Assembly (NCBI RefSeq): GCF_006345805.1
Contig: NC_042999.1
Coordinates: 11,098,001 to 11,162,000 of the forward strand
Length of the DNA stretch: 64,000 nt
Source: Octopus sinensis
Taxonomy: Eukaryota
Reading direction: 5' to 3'
Made by a program: the position numbers and the translations under genes. The notes below the pieces were generated by a model that searched no databases, was not told where the DNA came from, and saw only the letters and a program-made list of their open reading frames with translations. Position 1 is the stretch's first letter. The number at the start of each line of letters is the position of its first letter. This document shows positions 50,241-63,670 of the stretch, piece by piece.

Positions 50241-53183
50241 GATATACTATGAGGAACTTAAGATGAGCTATGAGGAGCTTAAGATGTGCTATGAGGAGCA
50301 TAAGATGTGCTATGAGGAGCATAAGATGTGCTATGAGGAGCATAAGATGTGCTGCGAGGAACATAAGATGTGCTATTAGGAGCATAAGATGTACTATGAG
50401 GAACTTAAGATGAGCTATGAGCAGCATAAGATGTGCTATGAGGAGCATAAGATGTACTATGAGGTGCATAAGATATGCTACGAGGAACATAAGATGTGCT
50501 ATGTCGAGCATAAGATGTACTATGAGGAACATAAGATGTGCTATGAGCATAAGATGTACTATGAGGAAAATAAGATGTGCTATGAGGAGCATAAGATATG
50601 CTACGAGGAGCATAAGATGTGCTACGAGGAACGTAAGATGTGCTATGAGGAGCACAAGATGTACTATGAGGAACATAAGATGTGCTATGAGCATAAGATG
50701 TACTATGAGGAAAATAAGATGTGCTATGAGGAGCATAAGATGTGCTATGAGGAACTTAAGATTTACTATGAGCATAAGATGTACTATGAGGAACATAAGA
50801 TGTACTATGAGGAAGATAAGATGTGCTATGAGGAGCATAAGATGTGCTACGAGGAGCATAAGATGTGCTATGAGGAGCATAAGATGTGCTATGAGGAAGA
50901 TAAGATGTGCTATGAGGAACACAAGATGTACTATGAGGAACTTAAGATGAGCTATGAGGAACATAAGATAAACTATGAGGAGCATAAAATGTGCTATGAG
51001 GAGTATAAGATGTACTATGAGGTGCATAAGATATGTTACGAGGAACATAAGATGTGCTACGAGGAGCATAAGATGTGCTATGAGGAACATAAGATGTGCT
51101 ATGAGGAGCTTTAGATGTACTATGAGGAACTTAAGATGAGCTATGAGGAGCATAAGATGTGCTATGAGGAACTTAAGATGTGCTATGAGGAGCACAAGAT
51201 GAACTTTGAGGAGCATAAGTTGTGTAACGAGGAACATAAGATGTACTATGAGGAACATAAGATGTACTATGAGGAACATAAGATGTACTATGAGGAGTAG
51301 AAGATGTACTATGAGGAACTTAAGATGTACTATGAGAAACTTAAGATGTACTATGAGGAACTTAAGATGTGCTACGAGGAGCAAAAGAAGTACTATGAGA
51401 AGCTAAAGATGTGCTACGAGGAGCACAAAATGCACTATGAGGAGCATAAGATGTACTATGAGGAGCATACGATGTGCTACGAGGAACATAAGATGTGCTA
51501 TGAGGAACACAAGATGTATTATGAGGAGCTTAAGATGTACTATGAGGAACTTAAGATGTGCTATTAGGAGCTTAAGATATTCTATGAGGAACCTAAGATG
51601 TGCTACGAGGAGCATAAGATGTGCTATGAGGAGCATAAGATGGGCTTTGAGGAACATAAGATGTACTATGAGGAACTTAAGGTGTGCTACAAGGAACTTA
51701 AGGTGTGCTATGAGCAACACAAGATGTACTATGAGGAACATAAGATGTGCTATGAGGAGCATAAGATGTGCTATGAGGAGCATAAGGTGTACTATGCGGA
51801 ACTTAAGATGTACTATGAGGAGCTTTAGATGTGCTACGAGGAGCACAAGATGCGCTATGAGGAGCATAATATGTGCTATGAGGAACTTAAGATGTGCTAT
51901 GAGGAGCTTAAGATGTGCTACGAGGAACTTAACATGTGCTATGAGGAGCATAAGATGTACTATGAGGAACTTTAGATGTACTACGAGGAACTTAAGATGT
52001 ACTACGAGGAACTTAAGATGTACTATGAGGAGCATAAGATGTACTATGAGGAGCTTTAGATGTACTATGAGGAGCATAAGATGTACTACGAGGAACTTAA
52101 GATGTACTATGAGGAACTTAAGATGTACTATGAGGAACTTAAGATGTGCTACGAGGAATGCAAGATGTGCTACGAGTAGCATAAGATGTACTATGAGGAG
52201 CATAAGATGTACTACGAGGAACTTTAGATGTACTATGAGGAACTTAAGATGTACTATGAGGAACTTAAGATGTGCTACGAGGAACATAAGATGTGCTATG
52301 AGGAGCTTAAGATGTGCTATGAGGAGCATAAGATTACTATGAGGAGCTTAAGATGTACTATGAGGAGCTTAAGATGTACTATGAGGAACTTAAGATATGC
52401 TACGAGGAACTTAAGATGTGCTACGAGGAGCATAAGATGTACTACGAGGAGCATAAGATGTGCTATGAGGAGCATAAGATGTACTACGAGGAAATTAAGA
52501 TGTGCTATGAGGAGCATAAGATGTGCTAAAAGGAACTTAAGATGTGCTACGAGGAGCTTAAGATGTGCTATGTGGAGCATAAGATGTGCTATGTGGAGCA
52601 TAAGATGTGCTATGAGGAGTATAAGATGTACTACGAGGAAATTAAGATGTGCTATGAGGAGCAAAAGATGTGCTACAAGGAACTTAAGATGTGCTATGTG
52701 GAGCATAAGATGTACTACGAGGAGCATAAGATGTGCTATGAGGAGCATAAGATCTACTACGAGGAAATTAAGATGTGCTATGAGGAGCAAAAGATGTGCT
52801 ACAAGGAACTTAAGATGTGCTACGAGGAGCATAAGATGTGCTATGTGGAGCATAAGATGTGCTATGAGGAGTATAAGATGTACTATGTGGAACATAAGAT
52901 ATGCTATGAGGAACTTATGATGTACTATGAGGAGCATAATATGTGCTATGAGCAGCACAAGATGTACTATGAGGAACTTAAGATGTGCTATTAGGAGCTT
53001 AAGATATTCTATGAGGAACTTAAGATGTGCTATGAGGAACTTAAGATGTACTATGAGGAGCATAAGATGTGCTATGAGGAGCATAAGATGTACTATATGG
53101 AATATAAGATTTGCTATGAGGAACTTATGATGTACTATGAGGAGCATAATATGTACTACGAGGAACTTCAGATGTGCTATGAA
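50241..53183. repeat. 21-bp minisatellite, ~140 units, consensus atgt(g/a)cta(t/c)gagga(g/a)c(a/t)taag
   Basis: Period 21 throughout, occasional 18-bp units, and higher-order duplications. Reads M(C/Y)YEE(H/L)K on + with recurrent TAG stops. Confidence 0.97.
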
Positions 53184-53477
53184 GTGCAGTTCGTATCCTA
53201 CCAGCTTCATTGCATTGTGTCCATGGCTGAAACATTCATCTCAAATTACTGAGCTGACAAATGATACTTTTGTTATCATAGTTCTGTTGAAAAGACACTG
53301 TGTTTGTTTTAATCTATTTTGAAAATAATGAAGAATTTAGCAAAATAACTGTCACCGTTAGGTTGGTAGATGAAATATAAATTAACATGGAATTTACAAA
53401 GAAGGTTTTAAATTACAACACTTTAAAATAGGCAGGTGGCATCATGTAATCATATAAATTGGCAGAAGCATCATAGG

Positions 53478-53660
53478 AAAGGCGGAAGCTGGCAGAAACG
53501 TTAGCATGCCGGGCAAAATGCTTAGCGGTATTTTCTCTGCCGCTATGTTCTGAGTTCAAATTCCACCGAGGTCAACTTTGCCTTTCATCCTTTCGGAGTT
53601 GATTAAATAAGTACCAGTTATGCACTGGGGTTGGTGTAATCGACTTAATCCCTTTGTGTG
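53478..53660 (+). mobile_element. SINE family B
   Basis: ggcggaagctggcagaaacgttagcatgccgggcaaaatgcttagcggtattttctctgccgctatgttctgagttcaaattccaccgaggtcaactttgcctttcatcctttcgg. Confidence 0.82.
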
Positions 53661-54124
53661 TCCGGAAATATGATGGTATCATATAAACAGGGGTGGTCTC
53701 AGATGGATTAGTATTAAATGGTTTAAGATGATGGCTGAAATGGCTTTACAAGGCAAGCCTGGCCATGAAGAAATGTTATCTTATTTGGAAATAGATGAAG
53801 GTTGGTGACAGGAAGTGCATCCTGCTGTAGAACATCTCCAACAAAATCCTTCTGACCCTTGCATACAAAGAAAAGAAGACATTTAAATGATGATGATGAT
53901 ATTAATGATGATGACAACAGCAATGACAATCATTGCAATGACGATGACAACGATGCTGATGATCATCACTATCGTCCTCATCATGTCAATGAAAATGATG
54001 AGACAGTGATGATGCTGATGAAAATGATGACAACACTGATGACAATGATTGCAACAATGACGACGATGATGATGATGCCAATGATAATGATGATAATGAT
54101 GAAAGGAGAGGCTGTGAGCCACTG

Positions 54125-54285
54125 TAGAAATGCATTTAGGTCGACTTTGCCTTTCATCCTTTCAGGGTCAATAAATTAAATACCAGTTACGCACTGGGGT
54201 TGATGTAATCAACTTAATCCCTTTGTCTGTCCTTGTTTGTCCCTTCTGTGTTTAGCCCCTTGTGGGCAATAAAGAAATAAGAAAT
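54125..54285 (+). mobile_element. SINE family B, 3' half
   Basis: ggtcgactttgcctttcatcctttcagggtcaataaattaaataccagttacgcactggggttgatgtaatc...gccccttgtgggcaataaagaaataag. Confidence 0.78.
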
Positions 54286-55704
54286 GCATTTAGGTTTTAT
54301 ACCCTTAAAATTCTTGACGGTATAACAACGATCTCTCTTTCCGTTAATGAAGTTTTTATTTCGTTTGTAGGTTATTTCTCTTACCTTTATGACTACAAAT
54401 AGTTGGTAACGATATAGAGACTTTAGTTAATTAGTATCAGTAAAACAAAAGTTAACAAATAATCCAGGTTGTTGACATGTTCTGCTGTTGTCAGAAGAAC
54501 TCAGAAGAAATCATTTATGGTTGCCAAATATAAAAATAAATGAAGAACCTAGTCTTGTGACAAATCATTAAAGATCTTGTGTCACATTCAATATTTACAA
54601 GGTTTTTTTTAATGAGATGCTGTTTTGTTCTATAAATATCCAACTTTTTGAAATGTTCAAAGAATATACACAGTAAATGCATTTTTTATTTTCATTATTT
54701 TTGACATTTTAAATTTTTGATGAATTCTCTATATTTTTTTGTTTATTTTATTTTATTTTATCATTTTTTTATTATAATGACTGAAATAAATATTGGTTGG
54801 TTTGTTGGTCAACAGCTCTCTTTGGCCAGGTCTTACATCATACAGAGAGAGGGGGAGGAAAAGTAGAAGAGACATACAGAGAGACACAGAGACGGAGTTG
54901 ACATAAGATGTGCAAGATGAGTGCACATCTTGGTGGGCTTGGTGGCAGGCAATGAGTTGTGAATGCTACACAAGTATGTATGGTGTATTTGTGTGTACGT
55001 TTCTGTCTTTTTATCTTGTCATCATGTGATAGAGTTGTATATGAGTGTCACTGTCATACGAGCAGTGTTGTTCATTTTCAATTTTATGCTAAAATGTGGC
55101 TTTACCTTGTTTGGAAACAGATGAAGTTTCGCAACAGTAACAGCAACTGGTTGAAGAGCAACTCCATTCCATCCATGCAAGCATGGAAAAGGGGATGTTA
55201 AAATGATGATGATGATGACGAGAATGATGACGACACTGCTGCCACTGCCACCACCGATGATGTCTGCTATAATTCCTGATATCATCCACTGTAGCAAAAG
55301 TAGACTTCCAAAGTTATCCGTCAAACAACTCATAACATTCGAGTTCTTTAATAATTCTCCATTTCGTTACTGCCCCCTCCCCACCCCCTACATCCACCAA
55401 GACTCTGGTTAGAACCAGTTTCAATACATTTATGAACAAAAAAATAAAATTACCAATAAATATATTTACCTGCCAATTTTTTGAAAATTTCATCATTTAT
55501 TTTTGGATTTTATTCTACAACTGTTCCTGATTTTATTCCTTAACCTGTAAGTTTCCATGGAAACGGCTCATAACTAACTGTAATCTAACAAAAAACTCAC
55601 AAAATATTTTTGTGTCATATAATGTAGGTGAAATGTTTTCATTTTGTTACACCTGAGTTCCTGATTAAAAGGACTTCTTGAAAGCAAAATGTGCACCTGG
55701 AATA

Positions 55705-55706
55705 TG

Positions 55707-55755
<49 letters not shown>

Positions 55756-55779
55756 ATATATATATATATATATATATAT

Positions 55780-55824
<45 letters not shown>

Positions 55825-56150
55825 TACACACATGTAGTCAACCATATGTATATGTGTGTGTGCGTGTGTATGTGTATATATATAAAGAAATACACATTTA
55901 CATATAGATGAGTATGTGTATGGGTATCTTCATATGTGTGTGTATAGTATTTTCTTATTTGTTTATATGCAGGTATGTGTATGCATTAGTATATACACAC
56001 ATATAGTTATATATGTATATATATATAATTTTTATATATATACATATATGTACATATGAATGTATGTATGTACATATATATATATATGTATGTATGCATG
56101 TATGTATGTGTGTATGTATGTACATATGTAGGTACATGTGTACCTGTATG
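55705..56150. repeat. (TA)n/(TG)n/(TATG)n microsatellites
   Basis: Direct inspection. Confidence 0.9.
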
Positions 56151-56321
56151 TACAAATGTATAATTTATTCTTTATTTCCATTCTTGGAATTTCTCTCGCT
56201 TAAAAGAAAGAATGACTCCCCAAGAAAGAAACAAAGATTCTTTGTGGAAATTCTGCAAAACCAAGTCACTGGAGTCACATGCTGAACTTTAGAAATGTCT
56301 TGCGCTAATAACCATGTTGTT

Positions 56322-59300
56322 AGTAGTGGCAGTGGTGGTGGTGGTGGGTGTGTTGCTAGTGGTGTTGGTGGTGGTATTGGTGATGGTATTGGTGATGGTA
56401 TTGGTGGTGGTGTTGGTGGTGGTATTGGTGGTGGTATTGGTGATGGTATTGGTGGTGGTGGTGTTGGTGGTGGTGTTGGTGGTGGTATTGGTGATGGTAT
56501 TGGTGGTGGTATTGGTGGTGGTATTGGTGATGGTATTGGTGGTGGTGTTGGTGGTGGTATTGGTGGTGGTATTGGTGGTGGTATTGGTGGTGGTATTGGT
56601 GGTGGTATTGGTGGTGGTATTGGTGGTGGTATTGTTGGTGGTGTTGGTGGTGGTATTGGTGGTGGTATTGGTGGTGGTATTGGTGGTGGTATTGGTGGTG
56701 GTATTCTTGGTGGTGTTGGTGGTGGTATTGTGGTAGTGGTGTTGGTGGTGGTATTGGTGGTGGTATTGGTGGTGGTATTGGTGGTGGTATTCTTGGTGGT
56801 GTTGGTGGTGGTATTGGTGGTAGTGGTGTTGGTGGTGGTATTGTTGGTGGTGTTGGTGGTGGTATTGGTGGTGGTATTGGTGATGGTATTGGTGGTGGTG
56901 GTGTTGGTGGTGGTGTTGGTGGTGGTATTGGTGGTGGTATTGGTGGTGGTATTGGTGGTGGTATTGTTGGTGGTATTGTTGGTGGTGTTGGTGGTGGTAT
57001 TGGTGGTGGTATTGGTGGTGGTATTGGTGGTGGTATGGTGGTGGTATTGTTGGTGGTGTTGGTGGTGGTGTTGGTGGTGGTGGTGTTGGTGGTGGTATTG
57101 TTGGTGGTGTTGGTGGTGGTATTGGTGGTGGTATTGGTGATGGTATTGGTAGTGGTGGTGTTGGTGGTGGTGTTGGTGGTGGTATTGGTGGTGGTGATGT
57201 TGGTGGTGGTGTTGGTGGTGGTGTTTGTGGTGGTATTGGTGGTGGTGGTGTTGGTGGTGTTGTTGGTGGTGGTATTGGTGGTGGTATTGGTGGTGGTATT
57301 GGTGGTGGTATTGGTGGTGGCATTGGTGGTGGTATTGTTGGTGGTGTTGGTGGTGGTGTTGGTGGTGGTATTGGTGGTGGTATTGGTGGTGGTGTTCGTG
57401 GTGGTATTGTTGGTGGTGTTGGTGGTGGTGTTGGTGGTGGTATTGTTGGTGGTGTTGGTGGTGGTGTTGGTGGTGGTATTGGTGGTGGTGGTGTTGGTGG
57501 TGGTATTGTTGGTGGTGTTGGTGGTGGTATTGGTGGTGGTATTGGTGATGGTATTGGTGGTGGTGGTGTTGGTGGTGGTATTGGTGGTGGTGGTGTTGGT
57601 GGTGGTGTTGGTGGTGGTGTTGGTGGTGGTATTGGTGGTGGTGGTGTTGGTGGTGGTGTTGGTGGTGGTATGGTGGTGGTATTGGTGATGGTATTGGTGG
57701 TGGTGGTATTGTTGGTGGTGTTGGTGGTGGTGTTGGTGGTGGTATTGGTGGTGGTGGTGTTGGTGGTGGTGTTGGTGGTGGTGTTGGTGGTGGTATTGGT
57801 GGTGGTATTGGTGATGGTATTGGTGGTGGTGGTATTGTTGGTGGTGTTGGTGGTGGTGTTGGTGGTGGCATTGGTGGTGGTATTGGTGATGGTATTGGTG
57901 GTGGTGTTGGTGGTGGCATTGGTGGTGGTATTGGTGATGGTATTGGTGGTGGTGGTGTTGGTGGTGGTGTTGGTGGTGGCATTGGTGGTGGTATTGGTGA
58001 TGGTATTGGTGGTGGTATTGGTGGTGGTATTGGTGGTGGTGGTGTTGGTGGTGGTGTTGGTGGTGGTGTTGGTGGTGGTGTTGGTGGTGGTATTGGTGGT
58101 GGTGTTGGTGGTGGTGTTGGTGGTGGTATTGGTGGTGGTATTGGTGATGGTATTGGTGGTGGTGGTGTTGGTGGTGGTGTTGGTGGTGGCATTGGTGGTG
58201 GTATTCGTGATGGTATTGGTGGTGGTATTGGTGGTGGTATTGGTGGTGGTGGTGTTGGTGGTGGTGTTGGTGGTGGTGTTGGTGGTGGTATTGGTGGTGG
58301 TATTGGTGGTGGTATTGGTGGTGGTGTTGGTGGTGGTATTGGTGGTGGTGTTGGTGGTGGTGTGTTGGTGGTGGTGTTGGTGGTGGTGTTGGTGGTGGTG
58401 TTGGTGGTGGTATTGGTGGTGGTGGTGTTGGTGGTGGTGTTGGTGATGGTATTGGTGGTAGTATTGGTGGTGGTATTGGTGGTGGTATTGGTGGTGGTAT
58501 TGTGATGGTGTTGGTGGTGGTGGTGTTGGTGGTGGTGTTGGTGGTGGTGTTGGTGGTGCTGGTGTTGGTGGTGGTGTTGGTGGTGGTTGGTATTGGTGGT
58601 GGGTATGGGGTGGTGGTATTGGTGGTGGTATGGTGGTGGTGTTGGTGGTGGTATTGGTGGTGGTATTGGTGGTGGTGTTGGTGGTGGTGTTGGTGGTGGT
58701 GTTGGTGGTGGTGTTGGTGGTGGTGTTGGTGGTGGTGTTGGTGGTGGTGTTGGTGGTGGTGTTGGTGGTGGTGTTGGTGGTGGTGTTGGTGGTGGTGTTG
58801 GTGGTGGTGTTGGTGGTGGTGGTGTTGGTGGTGGTGTTGGTGGTGGTGTTGGTGGTGGTATTGGTGGTGGTATTGTTGGTGGTGTTGGTGGTGGTATTGG
58901 TGGTGGTATTGGTGGTGGTGTTGGTGGTGGTATTGTGGTGGTGTTGGTGGTGGTGTTGGTGGTGGTGTTGGTGGTGGTGTTGGTGGTGGTATTGGTGGTG
59001 GTATTGGTGGTGGTATTGGTGGTGGTATTGGTGGTTGTGTTGGTGGTGGTATTGGTGGTGGTATTGGTGGTTGTGTTGGTGGTGGTATTGGTGGTGGTAT
59101 TGGTGGTGGTATTGTTGGTGGTGTTGGTGGTGGTATTGGTGGTGGTATTGGTGGTGCTGTTGGTGGTGGTATTGTTGGTGGTGTTGGTGGTGGGGTTGGT
59201 GGTGGTGTTGGTGGTGGTGTTGGTGGTGGTGTTGGTGGTGGTATTGGTGGTGGTATTGGTGGTGGTATTGGTGGTGGTATTGGTGGTGGTATTGGTGGTG

Positions 59301-62300
59301 GTATTGGTGGTGGTATTGGTGGTGGTGTTGCTGGTGGTATTGGTGTTGGTGGTGTTGGTGGTGGTATTGTTGGTGGTGTTGGTGGTGGTATTGGTGGTGG
59401 TATTGGTGATGGTATTGGTAGTGGTGGTGTTGGTGGTGGTGTTGGTGGTGGTATTGGTGGTGGTGGTGTTGGTGGTGGTGTTGGTGGTGGTGTTTGTGGT
59501 GGTATTGGTGGTGGTGGTGTTGGTGGTGGTGTTGGTGGTGGTATTGGTGGTGGTATTGGTGGTGGTAGGTATTGGTGGTTGGCATTGGTGGTGGTATTTG
59601 GTGGTGTTGGTGGTGGTGTGGTGGTGGTATTGGTGGTGGTATGGTGGTGGTGTTCGTGGTGGTATTGTTGGTGGTGTTGGGGTGGGGTGTTGGTGGTGGT
59701 ATTGTGGTGGTGTTGGTGGTGTGGTGTTGGTGGTGGTATTGGTGTTGGTGGTGGTGTTGGTGGTGGTATTGTTGGTGGTGTTGGTGGTGGTATTGGTGGT
59801 GGTATTGGTGATGGTATTGGTGGTGGTGGTGTTGGTGGTGGTATTGGTGGTGGTGGTGTTGGTGGTGGTGTTGGTGGTGGTGTTGGTGGTGGTGGTGGTG
59901 GTGGTGGTGTTGGTGGTGGTGTTGGTGGTGGTGTTGGTGGTGGTGTTGGTGGTGGTGGTGGTGTTGGTGGTGGTGTTGGTGGTGGTGTTGGTGGTGGTGT
60001 TGGTGGTGGTTTTGGTGGTGGCATTGGTGGTGGTATTGGTGGTGATGGTATGGTGGGTGTGGTGTTGGTGGTGGCATTGGTGGTGGTATTGGTGATGGTA
60101 TTGGTGGTGGTGGTGTGTGGTGGTGGTGTTGGTGGTGGCTTTGGTGGTGGTATTGGTGATGGTATTGGTGGTGGTGGTGTTGGTGGTGGTGTTGGTGGTG
60201 GCATTGGTGGTGGTATTGGTGATGGTATTGGTGGTGGTATTGGTGGTGGTATTGGTGGTGGTGGTGTTGGTGGTGGTGTTGGTGGTGGTGTTGGTGGTGG
60301 TATTGGTGGTGGGTTGGTGGTGTGGTGTTGGTGGTGGTGGTATTGGTGGTGGTATTGGTGATGGTATTGGTGGTGGTTGGTGGTGGTGGTGGTGTTGGTG
60401 GTGGCATTGGTGGTGGTATTCGTGATGGTATTGGTGGTGGTATTGGTGGTGGTATTGGTGTGGTGGTGTTGGTGGGGGTGTTGGGGTGGTTGTTGGTGGT
60501 GGTGGATGGTGGTGGTGGTGGTATTGGTGGTGGTATTGGTGGTGGTTTTGGTGGTGGTATTGGTGGTGGATTGGTGGTGGTGGTGGTTGGTGGTGGTGTT
60601 GGTGGTGGTGTTGGTGGTGGTGTTGGTGGTGGTATTGGTGGGTGGTGGTGGTGGTGGTGTTTGTGATGGTATTGGTGGTGGTATTGGTGGTGGTATGGTG
60701 GTGGTATTGTGGTGGTGTTGGTGATGGTGTTGGTGGTGGTGGTGTTGGTGGTGGTGTTGGTGGTGGTGTTGGTGGTGGTGTTGGTGGTGGTGTTGGTGGT
60801 GGTATTGGTGGTGGTGGTGTTGGTGGTGTGGTGGTGGTATGGTGGTGGTGGTGTTGGTGGTGTTGGTGGTGGTATTGGTGGTGGTGTTGGTGGTGGTGTT
60901 GGTGGTGGTATTGGTGGTGGTGGTGTTGGTGGTGTTGGTGGTGGTATTGGTGGCAGCGGTGGTGGCGATGGTGGTGTTGGTGGTGGGTGGTGTGTGTGGT
61001 GGTGTTGGTGGTGGGTTGGTGGTGGTGTTGGTGGTGGTATTGGTGGGGTATTGGTGGTGGTATTGGTGGTGGTGGTTGTTGGTGGTGGTTGTTGGTGTGG
61101 TATTGGTGGTGGTATTGGTGAGGTATTGGTGTGGTGGTGGTGTGGTGGTGGTGTTGGTGGTGGTATTGGTGGTGGTGGTATTGGTGATGGTATTGGTGAT
61201 GGTATTGGTGGTGGTGGTGTTGGTGGTGGTGTTGGTGGTGGTATTGGTGGTGGTGGTATTGGTGGTGGTATTGGTGGTGGTATTGGTGGTGGTGGTGTTG
61301 GTGGTGGTGTTGGTGGTGGTATTGGTGGTGGTATTGGTGATGGTATTGGTGGTGGTGGTGTTGGTGGTGGTGTTGGTGGTGGTATTGGTGGTGGTATTGG
61401 TGATGGTATTGGTGGTGGTGGTGTTGGTGGTGGTGTTGGTGGTGGTATTGGTGGTGGTATTGGTGATGGTATTGGTGGTGCTGGTGTTGGTGGTGGTGTT
61501 TGTGGTGGTATTGGTTGTGGTGGTATTGGTGGTGGTATTGGTGGTGGTATTGGTGATGGTATTGGTGGTGGTATTGGTGGTGGTATTGGTGGTGGTGTTG
61601 GTGGTGGTATTGGTGGTGGTGTTGGTGGTGGTATTGGTGATGGTATTGGTGGTGGTATTGGTGGTTGTGGTGTTGGTGGTGGTGTTGGTGGTGGTATTGG
61701 TTGTGGTGGTGTTGGTGGTGGTGTTGGTGGTGGTGTTGGTGGTGGTGTTGGTGGTGGTATTGGTTGTGGTGGTATTGGTGGTGGTATTGGTGGTGGTATT
61801 GGTGGTGGTGTTGGTGGTGGTATTGGTGGTGGTATTGGTGGTGGTATTGGTGGTGTGGTGGTGGTGGTGGTGTTGGTGGTGGTGTTGTGGTGGTTGGTGG
61901 TGGTATTGGTTGTGGTGGTGTGGTGGGGTGGTGTTGTTGTGGTGGTGGTATTGGTTGTGGTGGTATTGGTGGTGGTATTGGTGGGGTATTGGTGGTGGTA
62001 TTGGTGGTGGTGTTGGTGGTGGTATTGGTTGTGGTGGTTTTGGTGGTGGTGTTGGTGGTGGTATTGGTTGTGGTGGTGTTGGTGGTGGTATTGGTTGTGG
62101 TGGTATTGGTGGTGGTGTTGGTGGTGGTTTTGTTGTGGTGGTGTTGGTGGTGGTGTTGGTGGTGGTGTTGGTGGTGGTATTGGTTGTGGTGGTATTGGTG
62201 GTGGTGTTGGTGGTGGTATTGGTTGTGGTGGTGTTGGTGGTGGTATTGGTTGTGGTGGTATTGGTGGTGGTGTTGGTGATGGTATTGGTGGTGGTGTTGG

Positions 62301-63670
62301 TGGTGGTGTTGGTGGTGGTGTTGGTGGTGGTATTGGTTGTGTGGTGTTGGTGGTGGTGTTGGTGGTGGTATTGGTGGTGGTGGTATTGGTGGTGGTATTG
62401 GTGGTGGTATTGGTGGTGGTGGTGTTGGTGGTGGTGTTGGTGGTGGTGTTGGTGGTGGTATTGGTGGTGGTATTGGTGATGGTATTGGTGGTGGTGGTGT
62501 TGGTGGTTGTGTTGGTGGTGGTATTGGTGGTGGTGGTATTGGTGGTGGTATTGGTGGTGGTATTGGTGGTGGTGGTGTTGGTGGTGGTGTTGGTGGTGGT
62601 GTTGGTGGTGGTATTGGTGGTGGTGGTATTGGTGGTGGTATTGGTGGTGGTATTGGTGGTGGTGTTGGTGGTGGTATTGGTTGTGGTGGTATTGGTGGTG
62701 GTGTTGGTGGTGGTATTGGTTGTGGTGGTGTTGGTGGTGGTGTTGGTGGTGGTATTGGTTGTGGTGGTATTGGTGGTGGTATTGGTGGTGGTATTGGTGG
62801 TGGTGTTGGTGGTGGTATTGGTGTTGGTATTGGTGGTGGTTGGTGGTGGTGTTGGTGGTGGTGGTGTTGGTGGTGGTGGTGTTGGTGGTGGTGTTGGTGG
62901 TGGTATTGGTTGTGGTGGTGTTGGTGGTGGTATTGGTGGTGGTATTGGTGGTGGTATTGGTGGTGGTGTTGGTGGTGGTAGTGTGGTGGTATTGGTTTGG
63001 TGGTTGGTGGTGTGGTATTGGTGGGTGGTATTGGTGGTGGTGTTGGTGGTGGTATTGGTTGTGGTGGTGTTGGTGGTGGTATTGGTTGTGGTGGTATTGC
63101 TGGTGGTATTGGTGGTGGTATTGGTGGTGGTGTTGGTGGTGGTATTGGTGGTGGTATTGGTGGTGGTATTGGTGGTGGTATTGGTGGTGGTGTTGGTGGT
63201 GGTGGTGTTGGTGGTGGTGTTGGTGGTGGTATTGGTGGTGGTATTGGTGGTGGTATTGGTGGTGGTATTGGTGGTGGTGTTGGTGTTTTTATTGTTGGTG
63301 GTGTTGGTGGTGGTATTGGTGGTGGTATTGGTGATGGTATTGGTGGCGGTGGTGTTGGTGGTGGTATTGGTGGTGGTGGTGTTGGTGGTGGTGTTGGTGG
63401 TGGTGTTGGTGGTGGTGTTGGTGGTGGTGGTGTTGGTGGTGGTGTTGGTGGTGGTATTGGTTGTGGTGGTGTTGGTGGTGGTGTTGGTGGTGGTATTGGT
63501 GGTGGTATTGGTGGTGGTATTGGTGGTGGTGTTAGTGGTGGTATTGGTGGTGGTATTGGTGGTGGTATTGGTGGTGGTATTGGTGGTGGTGTTGTTGGTG
63601 TTATTGGTGGTGGTGTTGGTGGTGGTATTGGTTGTGGTGGTATTGGTGGTGGTGTTGGTGGTAATAGTGG
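56322..63670. repeat. ~7.3-kb low-complexity array built from 12-bp units GGTGGTGGTATT / GGTGGTGGTGTT
   Basis: Direct inspection. All minus-strand frames are stop-free by composition (TTTN, PPPI, HHQY), which explains the 1282-2548 aa ORFs. Confidence 0.97.

Noticed and set aside
50197-53210. Minus-strand ORFs of 395, 308 and 297 aa (LLIAHLM repeats)
   Set aside because: Antisense reading of the 21-bp array. Common variants are non-synonymous in this frame, and it is broken by a stop and a frameshift.
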